Assembly (NCBI GenBank): GCA_963765765.1
Contig: CAVXYC010000020.1
Span: forward strand, 192,001 to 256,000
Direction: 5' to 3'
Origin: an uncultured Chloroflexia bacterium
GTDB taxonomy: Bacteria > Chloroflexota > UBA6077 > JACCZL01
DNA length: 64,000 nt
The position numbers were made by a program, and so were the translations under genes. Under the pieces are notes generated by a model that did not search any database, had not been told where the DNA came from, and was given only the letters and a program-made list of their open reading frames with translations. Below, piece by piece: positions 61,422 through 64,000 of this stretch (position 1 is the stretch's first letter; each line of letters opens with the position of its first letter).

Positions 61422-61586
61422 CTATCGCGTCTCGCGATGCGGCTGATACGCCCGACAACGTGGACAGAACTTGCGAAGCTGGAGCCGATCAGGATCGTTT
61501 CGCTTGTTTTTCTCTGTGTGATATGTACGCTCTCGACACTGCTCGCACGCAAGTGTGATGAGCTGTCGGTCGGCTTTTTTCGCCAT
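61422..61586 (-). CDS. rpmG: 50S ribosomal protein L33 (not in ORF track)
   Basis: Translated by hand: [54 protein letters not shown]. Confidence 0.96.
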   Translation of the reverse strand: MAKKADRQLITLACEQCRERTYHTEKNKRNDPDRLQLRKFCPRCRAYQPHRETR

Positions 61587-61602
61587 TCAGGGCTCCTCGC
61601 TG

Positions 61603-62803
<1,201 letters not shown>

Positions 62804-62908
62804 TGCCTCTACCCCTTGCGATGATCATAATGGCGACCCGGCGGACCGACCGTCCGATTCGCCGTTGCCTCTACCCTTACACAACAAAGACCGCGACATG
62901 GCGGCCAA

Positions 62909-62987
<79 letters not shown>

Positions 62988-63013
62988 AGCGCTGCCAGGC
63001 TCTGACTCTTATG

Positions 63014-63101
63014 TGGTGGTGGGAGCAGGATTCGAACCTGCGTACCCCGTCAGGGGACCGATTTTACAGACCGGCGCCATTAACCACTCGGCCATCCCAC
63101 C
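63014..63101 (-). tRNA. tRNA-Tyr (GTA)
   Basis: GGTGGGATGGCCGAGTGG..CTGTAAA, long variable arm, GTTCGAATCC..CCCACCACCA. Confidence 0.96.
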
Positions 63102-63109
63102 GTGAATAC

Positions 63110-63184
63110 TGGAGCCGACGACAGGAATCGAACCCGCAACCTGCGGTTTACAAAACCGCTGCTCTACCGTTGAGCTACGTCGGC
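63110..63184 (-). tRNA. tRNA-Thr (TGT)
   Basis: GCCGACGTAGCTCAACGGTAGAGC..TTTGTAA..GTTCGATT..GTCGGCTCCA. Confidence 0.96.
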
Positions 63185-63323
63185 CCGAACCGTCGCCATT
63201 CGCGCTCAGCACCCGTACTCGGACAGGTCGAGAGCACACGCATACAGCGCTCCGGCGCGCCAAATCATGATACCAAACGCCCCGTGGGGCGGCAACGAAG
63301 GGAGCTCCAAAAGAACGTCCTAC

Positions 63324-63406
63324 GTAGCACGGGGCTTGCCCCCTGTGCCTAGAAATCTCACTCGCGGGCGGATGTCTCTAGGCACGAGGGACAAGCCCCG
63401 TGCTAC
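63324..63406. repeat. GTAG-family REPIN
   Basis: gtagcacggggcttgccccctgtgcctaga / tctaggcacgagggacaagccccgtgctac. Confidence 0.85.
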
Positions 63407-63419
63407 CAATTCCGAGCGG

Positions 63420-64000
63420 TTAGGAGCGGTTGAGCCGATCCTGCAATGCGCGATGTTCGGCGGATACTTCGGCAGGCAGTCGCTCGCCGAACTGCGCGAG
63501 AAACTCGCCCTGGTCGGCAGCCTCGCGCAGCCAATCATCTTTGTCAATGGAGAGCAGCGTCTCAGCCACGCTTGCGGAGAGACCGACCTCCGATGCGCCA
63601 ATCGCGTCCGGCGTAGGCACTATGCCCACGGCCGTCTCTCGCGCACCAGGGTTCTTACCGCGTACTCGCTCATACACCCAGCGCAGCACCCGCATGTTTT
63701 CGCCGAAGCCAGGCCAGATGAACTTTCCGTTTGAATCGGTCCTAAACCAGTTGACTTGAAAAATGGAGGGCGGATCGCTCGAGTGTTCACCAACCTCGAG
63801 CCAATGCTTCCAATAGTCGCCCATGTTGTATCCGCAGAACGGAAGCATGGCCATCGGGTCTCGGCGGACCACTCCAACGGCGCCAGTCGCCGCCGCGGTG
63901 GTTTCCGAGGCCATCGTTGCGCCGAGGAACACACCGTGCTGCCAGTTGAAAGACTGATAGACGAGAGGAACGGTCCGCGCACGACGGCCGCCGAAGAGAA
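63420..64000 (-). CDS. pckG: GTP-dependent phosphoenolpyruvate carboxykinase (C-terminal part; start outside window)
   Basis: SETTAAA, RRDPMAMLPFCGYNMGDYW, VNWFR, WPGFGENMRVL. Confidence 0.95.
   Translation of the reverse strand, partial: LFGGRRARTVPLVYQSFNWQHGVFLGATMASETTAAATGAVGVVRRDPMAMLPFCGYNMGDYWKHWLEVGEHSSDPPSIFQVNWFRTDSNGKFIWPGFGENMRVLRWVYERVRGKNPGARETAVGIVPTPDAIGASEVGLSASVAETLLSIDKDDWLREAADQGEFLAQFGERLPAEVSAEHRALQDRLNRS

Overview
GC-rich bacterial chromosomal segment, most consistent with a monoderm Chloroflexota-like organism (inferred from gene order such as rplU-rpmA-rpmE-DUF1385 and rplL not followed by rpoB). It is mostly housekeeping. In order: hisIE (partial), DUF1385-rpmE-rpmA-rplU, scpB, a membrane glycosylation cluster (GT-C, GT2, YfhO-like) interrupted by a REP-associated tyrosine transposase (RAYT), ftsK, UDG, a catabolic block (CoA transferase, Mo oxidoreductase, MFS, VIT1, tcuAB, tandem bicupins, LLM), pepN, an mshA-like GT, nif3, a zinc-ribbon gene, a dcw cluster lacking murE/murG/ddl, hisS-prfA-prmC-tsaC, argCJBD, tyrA, rplKAJL-nusG-secE-rpmG-tuf, four tRNAs and pckG (partial). 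Main points of interest: a perfect REPIN apparently translated in frame at the YfhO-like N-terminus; many unrelated REP families, about one per intergenic gap; DnaA-like boxes interleaved with MraZ repeats; two genes needing non-canonical starts (CTG, ATC); a GU-rich long hairpin after tyrA; and a tuf with extreme GC3 and a duplicated initiation region. Five genes carry single-base indels, probably long-read errors, though the argJ one falls at the autocleavage site. I found no clear-cut novel multi-gene system.
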